A stretch of DNA of 64,000 bases from an uncultured Verrucomicrobiae bacterium (GTDB lineage Bacteria > Verrucomicrobiota > Verrucomicrobiia > Chthoniobacterales > UBA10450), in the NCBI GenBank assembly GCA_963801815.1, contig CAWDGJ010000001.1, positions 160,001 through 224,000 of the forward strand, read 5' to 3'. Shown piece by piece: positions 38,381 to 50,441 of this stretch (position 1 is the stretch's first letter; the number at the start of each line of letters is the position of its first letter). The position numbers and the translations under genes were made by a program. A model generated the notes under the pieces. That model made no database searches. It was not told the origin of the DNA and worked only from the letters and a program-made list of their open reading frames with translations.

Positions 38381-39773
38381 ATGAGCAATGTGACCGATTC
38401 GCAGCCCCCGCCTTCGCCAAGCTCCGGCGCGGCAAGAATGGAAAAGATCGTCAGCTTGTGCAAGCGACGCGGACTCATCTTTCAATCAAGCGAGATCTAC
38501 GGTGGTTTGAATGGGTTGTGGGACTACGGCCCGCTCGGCGTCGAACTGAAGCGCAACGTCAAAGACTATTGGTGGCGCATAATGGTTCACGAGCGCGATG
38601 ACGTCGTCGGCATGGACGGCTCGATTTTGATGAACCGCGCGGTTTGGAAAGCAAGCGGCCACGAAGACACGTTCAGCGATCCGATGGTCGATTGTCGAAC
38701 CTGCAAGGCGCGATTGCGCGCCGACCAGGTGATCGACAAAGGAAAAGGCAAGCAATGCCCGAATTGCGGCGGCAAGGATCTAACCGAGCCGCGCTCGTTC
38801 AATCTGATGTTCAAGACTTATGTCGGCGCGACCGAGGATGAATCGAGCGTCACGTATCTGCGGCCGGAGACCGCGCAGGCGATTTTCGTTCAGTTCAAAA
38901 ACGTGCTCGAAGTCTCGCGCAAAAAGCTACCGTTTGGGATCGCGCAGATCGGGAAAGCGTTTCGAAACGAGATCAATCCGCGAAATTTCACGTTTCGCTC
39001 CCGCGAGTTCGAACAAATGGAGCTCGAATACTTTTGCCGGCCAGAGGAAGGAATGAAGCTGCTCGAGTATTGGAAAGAGGAGCGGCTCAGGTTTTACGAG
39101 AACATCGGTATTCCGCGCGACCATCTGCACGTCCTTACCGTGCCCGACGAGGATCGCGCTTTTTATTCCAAAGGCACCTACGACATCGAATACGATTTTC
39201 CGTTTGGCCGGCAGGAACTCGAAGGTGTCGCGTATCGCACCGATTACGATTTGGCGCAGCACCAGAAAGCGAGCGGCAAGCCGCTGGAGTATTTTGACGA
39301 GGAAACAAAACAAAAATTTATTCCGCACGTAGTCGAGCCGAGCGCCGGAGTCGATCGCACCGTGCTCGCTTTGATTTGTGACGCCTACGCCGAAGACCAG
39401 GCGCCCGATGACAAAGGAAAAATGGAGACGCGGACGCTGTTGCGGTTTCATCCACGGATCGCGCCGGTCAAATGCTCCGTGTTCCCGCTTCTGAAGAACA
39501 AGGAGCCGCTGGTCACGAAAGCGAAGGAAATTGTCAATCTTCTCCGGCCGCACATGTTCGTTTTCTACGATGAATCGGGCGCGATCGGTCGACGTTATCG
39601 ACGCCAGGACGAAATCGGAACACCGTTTGGCGTGACGGTGGATTTCGAAACCCTCGGCGAAAAGGATCCTGCCCTGCAAGGACACGGTCACACTGCGCGA
39701 ACGCGATTCCATGAAACAGGAGAGAGTCGCGATCAAAGATCTACCGCAGCTTCTCATCTCGCGAATCTCCTGA
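38381..39773 (+). CDS. glyQS: Glycine--tRNA ligase, alpha2 type (frameshift near 39677)
   Basis: LCKRRG, WDYGPLG, YLRPETAQ, FRNEI.PRNF.FRSREFEQME and IGRRYRRQDEIGTP. The expected tail KDTVTLRERDSMKQERV is in a shifted frame that ends at TGA 39773. Confidence 0.93.
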
Positions 39774-40135
39774 TGGATCTTGCGCAGTTTCGCGAATATT
39801 GCCTGAGCAAACCACGCGCGACCGAACAGACGCCGTTCGGGCCGGACGCGCTCGTGTTCAAAGTTGGAGGCAAAATTTTTGCGATCGCACCACTCGATGA
39901 AGTTCCCGCGCGAGCGAATCTAAAATGCGATCCCGATCTCGCGCTCGAGCTGCGCGATCGTTACGAACAAGTCCGACCGGGTTATCACATGAACAAAAAA
40001 CATTGGAACACGGTTGAGATCGAAGCCGGAATTCCGGACGTCGAGATCCGGAAAATGATCGATCATTCCTACGATTTGGTGGCGAGAAAGGTAGGTAGCG
40101 GCGCTTCACCGAAGCGCCATTGCCGCAGCACGTAA
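39773..40135 (+). CDS. MmcQ/YjbR family DNA-binding protein
   Basis: PFGPDALVFKVGGKIFA, LKCDP, PGYHMNKKHWNTV and IDHSYDLV. Confidence 0.9.
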   Translation: MDLAQFREYCLSKPRATEQTPFGPDALVFKVGGKIFAIAPLDEVPARANLKCDPDLALELRDRYEQVRPGYHMNKKHWNTVEIEAGIPDVEIRKMIDHSYDLVARKVGSGASPKRHCRST

Positions 40136-40169
40136 ACAGAATGGCGATTGAGGTCAATCGCCCCTACCT
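40093..40169. repeat. GTAG-type REP doublet overlapping the 3' ends of two convergent genes
   Basis: AGGTAGCGGCGCTTCACCGAAGCGCC ... GGCGATTGAGGTCAATCGCCCCTACCT. Confidence 0.75.
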
Positions 40170-42148
40170 TTCGCCGGCCACTGATTGCCTTTGACCGCGC
40201 GCCACCAACCCAACGCCTCCAGCTGCCGATAGTGGAGCGCAAAGTTTTTACCGTCCATGTTGCCTACCGACTGGCCGTGAAGATCTTCAATGTGGGCTGG
40301 ATCCCGAACTCGCAAGATGAAGTCGGGTCCAACGACTGTGCTGGCGCCGAAACCTACTTGAGTTTGATTTTTGTCCAAGAGATCGCGGCCAAATGCGTGG
40401 TAAATGAACTGCGAGGGCGCTGCAAGATCGACGAGAGTTGGCAGTATGTCGAGATGACTTCCGGCTATCGTTTGCGGAGCGCGTACGTTTTCCAACGCTT
40501 TGTGCCCACAGATTACGAGCGGCACAGCCAATTGCTCGAACAGAGTATTCATCGGACGCAGAGAAACGAATTTCTTCCGCGAATAATGATCGCCGGTGAT
40601 TGCAAATAACGGCCGTTCAAATTCTTGCTCGGCTTCGACAACGAAATCGGCAACGCATTTGTCCGAATACCAAAGGTGTCCCAAAATCTGCAATTGCCGC
40701 TTCGACAAACGGGCGCAGATCGGGTTGGATTTTAGCGAATCCAAATCAAAACCTTTCTTTTCTACATCCACGCTGTAGGGCGGGTGATAGGAACTAGTCA
40801 TAATGAGATTGAACGTCGGCTCCGACCCAGTGTGATCGAGAACAAATCGAAACAGATCTTCATCATCCACGCCCCATTCGTTTCGACCTGATCGCACCGG
40901 CATCTGATCCCCGCCATAGACTTCGTCAAAGCCTTGTTCCCGGCAGAATTCGCCGCTTCGTTCCCAGCTCAGACTTGTACCCAAAAAATATCGCGTTCGA
41001 TAACCGAGTTGTTTGAAAATACTCGCGCTCGCAGTGGGCAGGCCGCCGCGCACCGCCGGCTGATAATTGATCAACACGCGAGCAAAAGGCAGACCGCTGA
41101 TGATTGTCCCCAGGCTCTCCATTGTGCTCGTTCCCGCGGAGATAAAACTTCGAACCAAAATTCCGTCGTGACCGAGCGCGCCCAACCGGTCAGTGAGATG
41201 CAACGTCGCGTAATCGGATTGCATCGCCCAGGCGTCATAGCTTTCCATCACGATCACGAAAATGTGAGTTGGCGGCGGGTTTGGATTTCCGGGCGCTGTG
41301 CGCGTGATGCAGGCGTCCAAAGTCGCAGCATCTTTCCCTTGGGGATAAAGGGTAGCGGCAGCCGAGTGGATGTCGCCGCCCGGCAAGATGGTGCGCAATC
41401 CGCTGATTTTTTGCATGTTTCGCTCCTGCCAAATCGCATAGCGCAATGCAAAAAACGGATTGAGCACAATTCGATTGAGAAAAGTATCGCCCGTTCCGGG
41501 GGCGTTTTTCACGCTCAGTAAATGACCGTGCGGCCAGATTCTCGTGCCGATGATAACCCACAGCGCAATTACCATGAACGTGACGACGCGTGCCGGTTTT
41601 GCGCCTAGAAATTTTGGAAGGTCAGCCGCGGCGGCCGTCCGGCATAGCTTACTCAAACAACATGACGCCCCAGCAACGGCGACGACGCTGCCAAGAATCA
41701 AGACAACAACATGATAATTTTTCCAGATCGTCGTCAGAATCGCGCGCAGATCGTCGTAAACGAGACCGAATATCCAGTGATCGAATTGATTGTCGTACTC
41801 CGCGAAATAGCCGACATCGGTGATGAACGCGACGGCGCACGCGCTCAGAATCACGATGATCGTCAGTTGGCGTATTCGCTGGTGCCAGATTCCCAGCGGA
41901 CGAACAAAGCCGATCAAAGTCAGTGCGAGTGAAGGCAGAATGGCCCACATCGCCGTGCATGCGTCGGAACGCAACCCGGTGTCAAAGCAGCGCAAGAATG
42001 CTTGCCCACTAGTTTGCCCGGTCGATTCCCCGCGAAAGATCAAGAATAGAGCAACGCGAAACACGAGAAATAAGAGAACGAGTTGGAGCCACAGGACCAT
42101 GTCGGCCACCAATTGCCGCAACGGTTGCGTTGATGGCGAATCTGTCAC
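40154..42148 (-). CDS. LTA synthase family / sulfatase-like membrane protein
   Basis: About 5 N-terminal TM segments, IFVIVMES, WGVDDEDLF, TSSYHPPY, ITGDH and SHLDILPTL. Confidence 0.85.
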   Translation of the reverse strand: MTDSPSTQPLRQLVADMVLWLQLVLLFLVFRVALFLIFRGESTGQTSGQAFLRCFDTGLRSDACTAMWAILPSLALTLIGFVRPLGIWHQRIRQLTIIVILSACAVAFITDVGYFAEYDNQFDHWIFGLVYDDLRAILTTIWKNYHVVVLILGSVVAVAGASCCLSKLCRTAAAADLPKFLGAKPARVVTFMVIALWVIIGTRIWPHGHLLSVKNAPGTGDTFLNRIVLNPFFALRYAIWQERNMQKISGLRTILPGGDIHSAAATLYPQGKDAATLDACITRTAPGNPNPPPTHIFVIVMESYDAWAMQSDYATLHLTDRLGALGHDGILVRSFISAGTSTMESLGTIISGLPFARVLINYQPAVRGGLPTASASIFKQLGYRTRYFLGTSLSWERSGEFCREQGFDEVYGGDQMPVRSGRNEWGVDDEDLFRFVLDHTGSEPTFNLIMTSSYHPPYSVDVEKKGFDLDSLKSNPICARLSKRQLQILGHLWYSDKCVADFVVEAEQEFERPLFAITGDHYSRKKFVSLRPMNTLFEQLAVPLVICGHKALENVRAPQTIAGSHLDILPTLVDLAAPSQFIYHAFGRDLLDKNQTQVGFGASTVVGPDFILRVRDPAHIEDLHGQSVGNMDGKNFALHYRQLEALGWWRAVKGNQWPAKGRGD

Positions 42149-42200
42149 GCGCAGCTAGGAAAACTCGGGCAACCCAATCTCACAAGGAGGTCGTTGCCCG

Positions 42201-42692
42201 CTAGTTTTTCGGGACGCCCATGTCCGTTATGATCTTCCATGATCCGTCGTTTTGCTTTCGCCAGATCGTGACGTAGCGACCCTCTTCATCGACCGGCTTA
42301 CCTTTTTCCTGATACTTATAACTGTAAGTTCCCGTTTCATACGCGGTGTCCCCGTCCAGCCAAAGATCGACAGTCATGACAGTGCATTTAACTCCTTTGC
42401 CAGCCCCTTCCATCACTGTCTTCTGTCGCTCCAAGATCTGCTGTGGGCCTTTGAAGAATTTGCCGTTTCTTCCTAACAAAACGCCATCGTTGGCGAAAAG
42501 TGAGGCAATCATCGCGGCGTCGGCTTTGTCCCAAGCCTCGACCCATTGAGCGTTTCCTTTGTCGATCGCCTGCCGCGCCTCAGTGAGCGCGGCTGCTTGG
42601 ATGGGGTTTTTGCTTTCTTCGCCGGCAAAAGCAGGAAGACACGTTGCAAGCAAGAGCATGCTAATTCGTTTGATTCTTAGTTTCGGCATCAT
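42201..42692 (-). CDS. Secreted NTF2-like / SnoaL (DUF4440) protein
   Basis: Signal peptide; GDTAYETG and GRYVTIWRKQNDGSWKI. Confidence 0.8.
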   Translation of the reverse strand: MMPKLRIKRISMLLLATCLPAFAGEESKNPIQAAALTEARQAIDKGNAQWVEAWDKADAAMIASLFANDGVLLGRNGKFFKGPQQILERQKTVMEGAGKGVKCTVMTVDLWLDGDTAYETGTYSYKYQEKGKPVDEEGRYVTIWRKQNDGSWKIITDMGVPKN

Positions 42693-43493
42693 GGCAATGC
42701 GCGGATTTCGATTTCGCCGAAATTCAGCTGCAATGCGTCGCGGGCGACATTGAGGAAACTATCGGCAGCGTCGGTAAGCGCGACTTGCAACTTGCCGTTG
42801 TTGAGCGGCGCCGCCCGCAGTGATTGTCGATCGAGCATCTCTTCCACTGCGCGTGCGCAATTGTGCGCGGAATCGACGATCATGATCTGACGTTTGAGCA
42901 CGCGGCCCATAGAGCCCGTGAGCAAAGGGTAATGGGTGCAACCAAGCACCAGCGTGTCGATCTCGTCAGCGAGCAGCGGTTCGAGATAGCGGAGGATCAT
43001 TTGGTCCGTTACCGGATCGGAGAGCAGACCTTCCTCGATCAAAGGGACCAATAGCGGACAGGCCTGGCTGGTTACGCGCACATTCGGGTCTCCTGTGCGC
43101 AATGCCTTTTCGTAAGCGCCACTGCGGATCGTCGCCCGGGTTCCAATGACGCCAATGTGCCGATTGCGACTTACCGCCAGCGCCGCGCGCGCGCCGGGTT
43201 CGATTACGCCGAGCACGGGCACGGGAAAATTCTTGGTCAGCGTTGGCAGGGCGACTGACGAAACGGTGTTGCACGCAACCACCAATGCTTTGGCGTTCTG
43301 TTTCATCAACATTCCGGCGAGCTCGGTAGCGTAACGCTGGACGGTTTCCGGACTTTTCGGTCCTGTACGGGACACGAGCGGTATCGCCGAGATAGGAAAT
43401 GTTTTCATTCGGCAATAAATCGCGGAGGGCCTTGACCACGGTTAGGCCGCCAATTCCCGAATCGAAAACACCGATGGGACGGGTGTCGCTCAT
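42689..43493 (-). CDS. murI: Glutamate racemase (frameshift near 43370)
   Basis: [30 protein letters not shown] and LVLGCTHYP. Confidence 0.93.
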
Positions 43494-43537
43494 GCAGCGG
43501 CAAGAATGATCGTGGTAGCCACGCGCTGCAAGTACAG

Positions 43538-43590
43538 GGTAGGGGCGACTCACCGAACCGGCGCGGGCGATTGGGTTTCCTCGCCCCGTG
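43538..43590. repeat. Degenerate GTAG-type REP element
   Basis: GGTAGGGGCGACTCACCGAACCG resembles the reverse complement of 15183-15208. Confidence 0.5.
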
Positions 43591-43630
43591 CCCCTTGCAA
43601 TCCACGTTGCCTCTTGGATGATTGAACGCG

Positions 43631-46285
43631 ATGGCTGAGCTTTCCAAAACATACGATCCGCGGACCGTTGAACCGAAATGGTATCAGCGCTGGATCGACC
43701 AGCACGATTTCGAAGCGGACGCGAACTCAAAGAAGAAGCCGTTCTCAATCGTGATGCCGCCGCCGAACATCACGGGCGTTCTCACACTGGGCCACGTTTT
43801 GAACAACACGATTCAGGACATTCTCGCGCGTCGCGCCCGGATGCAGGGTCTCGAAGTGCTTTGGTTGCCGGGAATGGACCATGCCGGTATCGGAACTCAA
43901 ACTGCGGTCGAAAAATGGCTTCGTAAAAATGAAGGTGTCACTCGCCACGATCTCGGTCGCGAGAAATTTCTTCAGCGGGTGCTCGAATGGCAGGACAAAC
44001 ACGGCGGGATCATCATTCAACAGCTTCAACGCCTCGGGGCGTCAGCCGATTGGTCGCGCCAGCGCTACACGATGGACAAATCTTACGCGCACGCTGTCGC
44101 GGAAGTCTTCGTCGATCTTTACAAGAAGGGGCTGATCTATCGCGGCCGGCGGATGATCAATTGGGATCCGGCAGCGCAAACGGCGTTGTCCGACGAGGAA
44201 GTCATCAATAAACCGCAGCGTGGAAATCTTTATTACGTTCGCTACGAAATCGTTGACCAGCCCGGGAAATTCTTGGAAGTCGCAACCACTCGGCCGGAAA
44301 CGATCATGGCCGACACTGGCGTTGCGGTTCATCCCAAGGACAAGCGATACGCCAAGCTTGTAGGTAAGCATGTGTGGCGTCCGATGCCGCGCGAGAAGAT
44401 CCCGATCGTCTCCGACGCCGCGATCGATCCTGAGTTCGGCACTGGAATTCTGAAAGTTACGCCTGCGCACGACAAACTCGATTTTGAAATCGGTCAGCGA
44501 CACAAGATGGCGGTCATCGATGTTTTGACTCCTGACGGCAAGATCAATTGTCCGGCCGTTCCTGAATTACATGGGCTCGATCGTTTCGAAGGCCGCAAAC
44601 GAGCTGCCGAGCTGTTGGAGGCGAGGGGACTACTCGCGAAGGCTGAACCCTACGAGAACAACGTTGGCTTTAGCGACCGCACCGACGTGCCGATTGAGCC
44701 GCGACTAAGCGAGCAATGGTTTTTGAAATATCCGAAAATGAAAGAAGCGCTCGCCGTGGTGAAGAAACATCTCATTCGCTTCTTTCCGCGGCATTGGGAA
44801 AAAGTTTACGAGCAGTGGATCAAAAACATTCAGGACTGGTGCATCAGCCGTCAGGTTTGGTGGGGACATCGCATACCCGCCTGGTATGCGAAATCCCAAC
44901 CCCCAAAATCCAAACCCCAAATATATGTTGGGCCTAAGCCGCCGAAGGACTCGGAGAACTGGGTGCAGGACAACGACACGCTCGACACCTGGTTTTCGTC
45001 GTGGTTGTGGGCGTATGAAACAATGGATCTCAAGACGCGGAAGAAATTTTATCCAACAAGCGTCCTCGTAACCGGGCCGGACATTATTTTCTTTTGGGTC
45101 GCGCGAATGATCTTTGCCGGCTTGGAATTCAAGCCCGGCAAAACCAAGAAGACAGAAGACAACATTCCGTTTCACGACGTTTTCTTTACCAGCATCATTC
45201 GCGACAAGCAGGGCCGAAAGATGTCGAAGTCGCTCGGCAATTCGCCAGACCCGCTCGATTTGATCGACAAATACGGCGCCGACGGCTTGCGGTTCGGTTT
45301 GATGCGCATTGCCCCAAGCGGTCAGGACATTCGCTTCGACGAAAAACAAATCGAGGAAGGCCGCAACTTCGCGACCAAGCTTTGGAACGTCGCGCGCTTT
45401 CGCCAAATGCACGGCCCGACTCGACTGAAGCCAGGCGAACTTGACCGTTTTAAGCAGTCAAGTTTTGGAAGCCTGTCGATCTTTGCGATCGAGGTCTTGG
45501 CGCGATTGAATGAAACCATCGGCGCGATCGAGAAAGGTTATCGCGAGTATGAGTTCAACACCGTCGCACAACGTCTTTACGATTTTATCTGGAGCGATTA
45601 CTGCGACTGGTTCGTTGAAGCGGCCAAGACGGAAATCTTTGGCGCAGACGAATCGAGAAAGAAATCTGCGCTCGCAGTGATGGATCATGTGCTTTCCGCG
45701 ATCGTGCGGCTGTTACACCCGTTCATGCCGCACATCACCGAAGAGCTCTGGTCGCTGCTTGGGCTGGGTACCGGGTCGATTCAATTCGCAGCGCTGCCAA
45801 AGAAGTTCGCGTTGAAAGATGCCGATCTTAAGAAACGCAAACTCGTCGCTGCGATTTACGAGGCGGTGCAGGCCGGGCGCAATTTGCGGGCCCAGGCGAG
45901 AATTCCGTCGAATCAAAAGCTGAAGTTCGCATTGCGTTCGAAGCAGGAAGAGTTGGTCACTGAGCAGGATACAATTGCGCGGCTGCTAAACGCCTCGGAG
46001 TTGACGATCGATCCCAATTTCCAAGCTGGAGCCGGAACTCCGATTGCAACGACCGCGCTGGGTGAAGTCTTGCTCATCATCGAAGTCGATCTTTCGGCGG
46101 AGCGAGAAAGGCTGGACAAAGAGATCGCCAAAGTTGAAGCGGAGTTGCGCACGGTTGAAAACAAATTGAAGAACAAATCGTTTGTCGATCGCGCGCCGCG
46201 AGACGTTGTCGAACTGAATCGGCAACGGCAAGAGAATTTTGCTGAACAGCTCGAGAAGTTAAAACACGCACGGGAAAAGCTGTAA
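43631..46285 (+). CDS. valS: Valine--tRNA ligase
   Basis: PPPNITG.L.LGH, ATTRPET, DWCISRQ, KMSKS and a C-terminal coiled coil. Confidence 0.96.
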   Translation: MAELSKTYDPRTVEPKWYQRWIDQHDFEADANSKKKPFSIVMPPPNITGVLTLGHVLNNTIQDILARRARMQGLEVLWLPGMDHAGIGTQTAVEKWLRKNEGVTRHDLGREKFLQRVLEWQDKHGGIIIQQLQRLGASADWSRQRYTMDKSYAHAVAEVFVDLYKKGLIYRGRRMINWDPAAQTALSDEEVINKPQRGNLYYVRYEIVDQPGKFLEVATTRPETIMADTGVAVHPKDKRYAKLVGKHVWRPMPREKIPIVSDAAIDPEFGTGILKVTPAHDKLDFEIGQRHKMAVIDVLTPDGKINCPAVPELHGLDRFEGRKRAAELLEARGLLAKAEPYENNVGFSDRTDVPIEPRLSEQWFLKYPKMKEALAVVKKHLIRFFPRHWEKVYEQWIKNIQDWCISRQVWWGHRIPAWYAKSQPPKSKPQIYVGPKPPKDSENWVQDNDTLDTWFSSWLWAYETMDLKTRKKFYPTSVLVTGPDIIFFWVARMIFAGLEFKPGKTKKTEDNIPFHDVFFTSIIRDKQGRKMSKSLGNSPDPLDLIDKYGADGLRFGLMRIAPSGQDIRFDEKQIEEGRNFATKLWNVARFRQMHGPTRLKPGELDRFKQSSFGSLSIFAIEVLARLNETIGAIEKGYREYEFNTVAQRLYDFIWSDYCDWFVEAAKTEIFGADESRKKSALAVMDHVLSAIVRLLHPFMPHITEELWSLLGLGTGSIQFAALPKKFALKDADLKKRKLVAAIYEAVQAGRNLRAQARIPSNQKLKFALRSKQEELVTEQDTIARLLNASELTIDPNFQAGAGTPIATTALGEVLLIIEVDLSAERERLDKEIAKVEAELRTVENKLKNKSFVDRAPRDVVELNRQRQENFAEQLEKLKHAREKL

Positions 46286-46400
46286 TCTGGGGAGCGCACG
46301 CGCCTCGCGATCGCCAACAAACTTTTGCTTCTGTCAGAAAATGGAAAGCCATTCGGCGAGGCGCCGAATTGTGCACGCGAGGGCGCATGCGCTCCCCAGA
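46286..46400. repeat. Second copy of the TCTGGGGAGCGCACGCG REPIN/MITE-like element
   Basis: TCTGGGGAGCGCACGCGCCTCGCG ... GCACGCGAGGGCGCATGCGCTCCCCAGA; shares the internal TTCGGCGA-GGCGCCGAA hairpin with 9690-9827. Confidence 0.85.
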
Positions 46401-46441
46401 GATTGTAGCAATTGCGTAGGACTTCGCCTAATTTCTGTCCC

Positions 46442-48487
<2,046 letters not shown>

Positions 48488-48510
48488 CAGACGCGGGCAA
48501 CGCTCGGGTT

Positions 48511-48619
48511 GGGATCTCGAGCGGCAGCGAGAGATCTCACAATCGAAGCGTGGATCCCGCTCAGTACGTTGCGTGATCAATCGCCTCATGAGAGATCCCT
48601 CACATTCATTCGGGATGAC
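48511..48619. repeat. Imperfect palindromic element between convergent genes
   Basis: ATCTCGAGCGGCAGCGAGAGATCTCAC ... TGAGAGATCCCTCAC..TTCGGGATGAC; same style as 9158-9258. Confidence 0.5.
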
Positions 48620-48698
48620 CGCATCGCGTTGTTGCCCTGGGCGATGGCTGCGGTTTTATCGAACCGCCAGTGGATGCTCGTTCAGGCGTTGGTCAGGA

Positions 48699-49190
48699 TT
48701 ACTTGCGGCGAAGCGGAACAATAATCTCTTCGTCGTGCCGGCCGAGGACCACGCGCCCGTCTTCGATTCTTTTCACAGTGACCTGGTAAATCTGGGCCCC
48801 GATCTGAAGCCCGAATTGTTGGCCTTCGAACATCGTTTTGCCGTTGATTATGGCGAAATGAGTAGCGGTATCGAGTGTGATGGTGCTGACCAGGAAAGCA
48901 CTTGGGGGCACTTCGCCATCAGAGTCTCCGGCGCCGCCGATGCGTGCCTTCGGTTTGAAACCGATTGGCCAAAACGGATTGCGCGTTCCAGCCTCGACTT
49001 CGAAAGAAGATTTGTTTTTGACGGTAATCCCGGAGGATTCTCCCGAAGGTTTGTTCTTGGTCTCGGCCGCGGGTGTTTGTTCAGTCGGTTTGGTCTTTGC
49101 TGGTACCGGCGGCGCAGGTTTTTGGCTGGCCGCAAACATTACGGGCGTGGCCAAGACCGACAGGCAGATAACGGTGAGAAACTTGTTCAT
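48699..49190 (-). CDS. PilP-like pilus/secretion accessory protein
   Basis: Signal peptide, RNPF and AIING motifs; last gene of the pilM cluster. Confidence 0.55.
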   Translation of the reverse strand: MNKFLTVICLSVLATPVMFAASQKPAPPVPAKTKPTEQTPAAETKNKPSGESSGITVKNKSSFEVEAGTRNPFWPIGFKPKARIGGAGDSDGEVPPSAFLVSTITLDTATHFAIINGKTMFEGQQFGLQIGAQIYQVTVKRIEDGRVVLGRHDEEIIVPLRRK

Positions 49191-49768
49191 CGTTTTTCAA
49201 TCACGGTGGTGGCTGAGATGGCGACTTGTTGATACTGCGGGTCGTTAAATAAGACGTGCATGGTCAGTTTTGTGATCGACAGCAACGGCTCTTGGTTTTC
49301 GAGATCGGAAATGGATTTCCCGAGCGCGACGAAATCGGCCTGAGGCAACTCGATTACCCAGTTGTATTTGGCCCAACTAGAGAGCTCGCTTTCCTTAAAG
49401 CTGGTGTTGCTCTCCAGACGCGCGGAGGCTTTGTCGATTTGTTGATTAGAAAAAAAGGTTTTCATTCTCGGCGGGAACCAAGCGATCGGGGCACCGTCAG
49501 GCGTGAGCGTTTTGAGGGCATTAAAGCGCGCGGTCGCGTCCTTGGCCTGGCGCTCGAGATTGGCGGTCTTGGCTATCTCATCCTTTGAGCCAGCGATTTT
49601 TTTCTGCAGCTCATCGATCTGCATAAGCGCGTTGTTACGCGACTTCTGCAATGGACCGAGGAAGAACGTGAAATAGACGTAAATCAAGAAGACGAAGCCC
49701 ATCGCGCTAAGCGCCATCTTTTTAACCTGGTCCGAGGAGAGTTTGGGAAGATTAGGAAGATTCATCAT
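49187..49768 (-). CDS. PilO-like protein
   Basis: N-terminal TM plus coiled coil; follows the PilN-like gene. Confidence 0.6.
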   Translation of the reverse strand: MMNLPNLPKLSSDQVKKMALSAMGFVFLIYVYFTFFLGPLQKSRNNALMQIDELQKKIAGSKDEIAKTANLERQAKDATARFNALKTLTPDGAPIAWFPPRMKTFFSNQQIDKASARLESNTSFKESELSSWAKYNWVIELPQADFVALGKSISDLENQEPLLSITKLTMHVLFNDPQYQQVAISATTVIEKR

Positions 49769-50432
49769 TGGTTCGCCGTTTCGGATGAGTCGGCGCAGGC
49801 GTAGCAGCCGGTTTGGCTTTCGCACTTGGATTGAACGTGATCGCCAGAATGTAATGCGACATCGGCACGTTGGATCCGTCGATGTTGGCGACGGTTTCGA
49901 CGTCTTCGAGTGCTTTAAATTCCGCTTTTACGTCGTGATAAGATTTGCCGAGTTGTTCGAGCAACATCTGGCGCAAATCTTCCGCGGCCGAGCGGGGTTC
50001 GCGGGCTGCGGCGACGCCTTCGATGGTAAGCGAAATGCTGCTGCCGCCTTTCTCATCATCCAAAACGTGTCCTTCCAGACTCGTGAGCTGTGCATTTGGC
50101 GGTACGCACCGGGCGAGCTTTTCAAGCAACGGCGCCCAGAAGAACCGGCCGTCGATGTCATCATCGAGAACTCGAGTGGTGTCGACGACGTTGGTCAACT
50201 CGGCGGAACGCTTTTGCGCCTGGGTGACTTGGGGCTCGATTTTTTTCCAATCCGCGGTGATGCGGCTGAGCCGCGTCTTGATCTCAATCGTCCGGTAGGC
50301 ATTCCAGGCATAATAGAGGAAGAGAATCGCGCCGCAGCCGGCGAGCACAAGCATTCCGATCTTGAGCGGATCGCGCTGGCGTTGCCGCTGCTCGAGGATT
50401 TCCTCATGCAGGAGATTGAGTTGTAGGGCCAT
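49752..50432 (-). CDS. PilN-like protein
   Basis: LQLNLL start, TM, coiled coil and W..LL..L...VP.NAQLTSL. Confidence 0.7.
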   Translation of the reverse strand: MALQLNLLHEEILEQRQRQRDPLKIGMLVLAGCGAILFLYYAWNAYRTIEIKTRLSRITADWKKIEPQVTQAQKRSAELTNVVDTTRVLDDDIDGRFFWAPLLEKLARCVPPNAQLTSLEGHVLDDEKGGSSISLTIEGVAAAREPRSAAEDLRQMLLEQLGKSYHDVKAEFKALEDVETVANIDGSNVPMSHYILAITFNPSAKAKPAATPAPTHPKRRTNDESS

Positions 50433-50441
50433 TGCTGATTG

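Noticed and set aside
38372..40135. Apparent 587-aa GlyRS-MmcQ/YjbR fusion
   Set aside because: The normal GlyRS tail (KDTVTLRERDSMKQERV) lies in a shifted frame that ends TGA overlapping the MmcQ ATG. One extra base near 39677 explains the fusion, and indels are common here.
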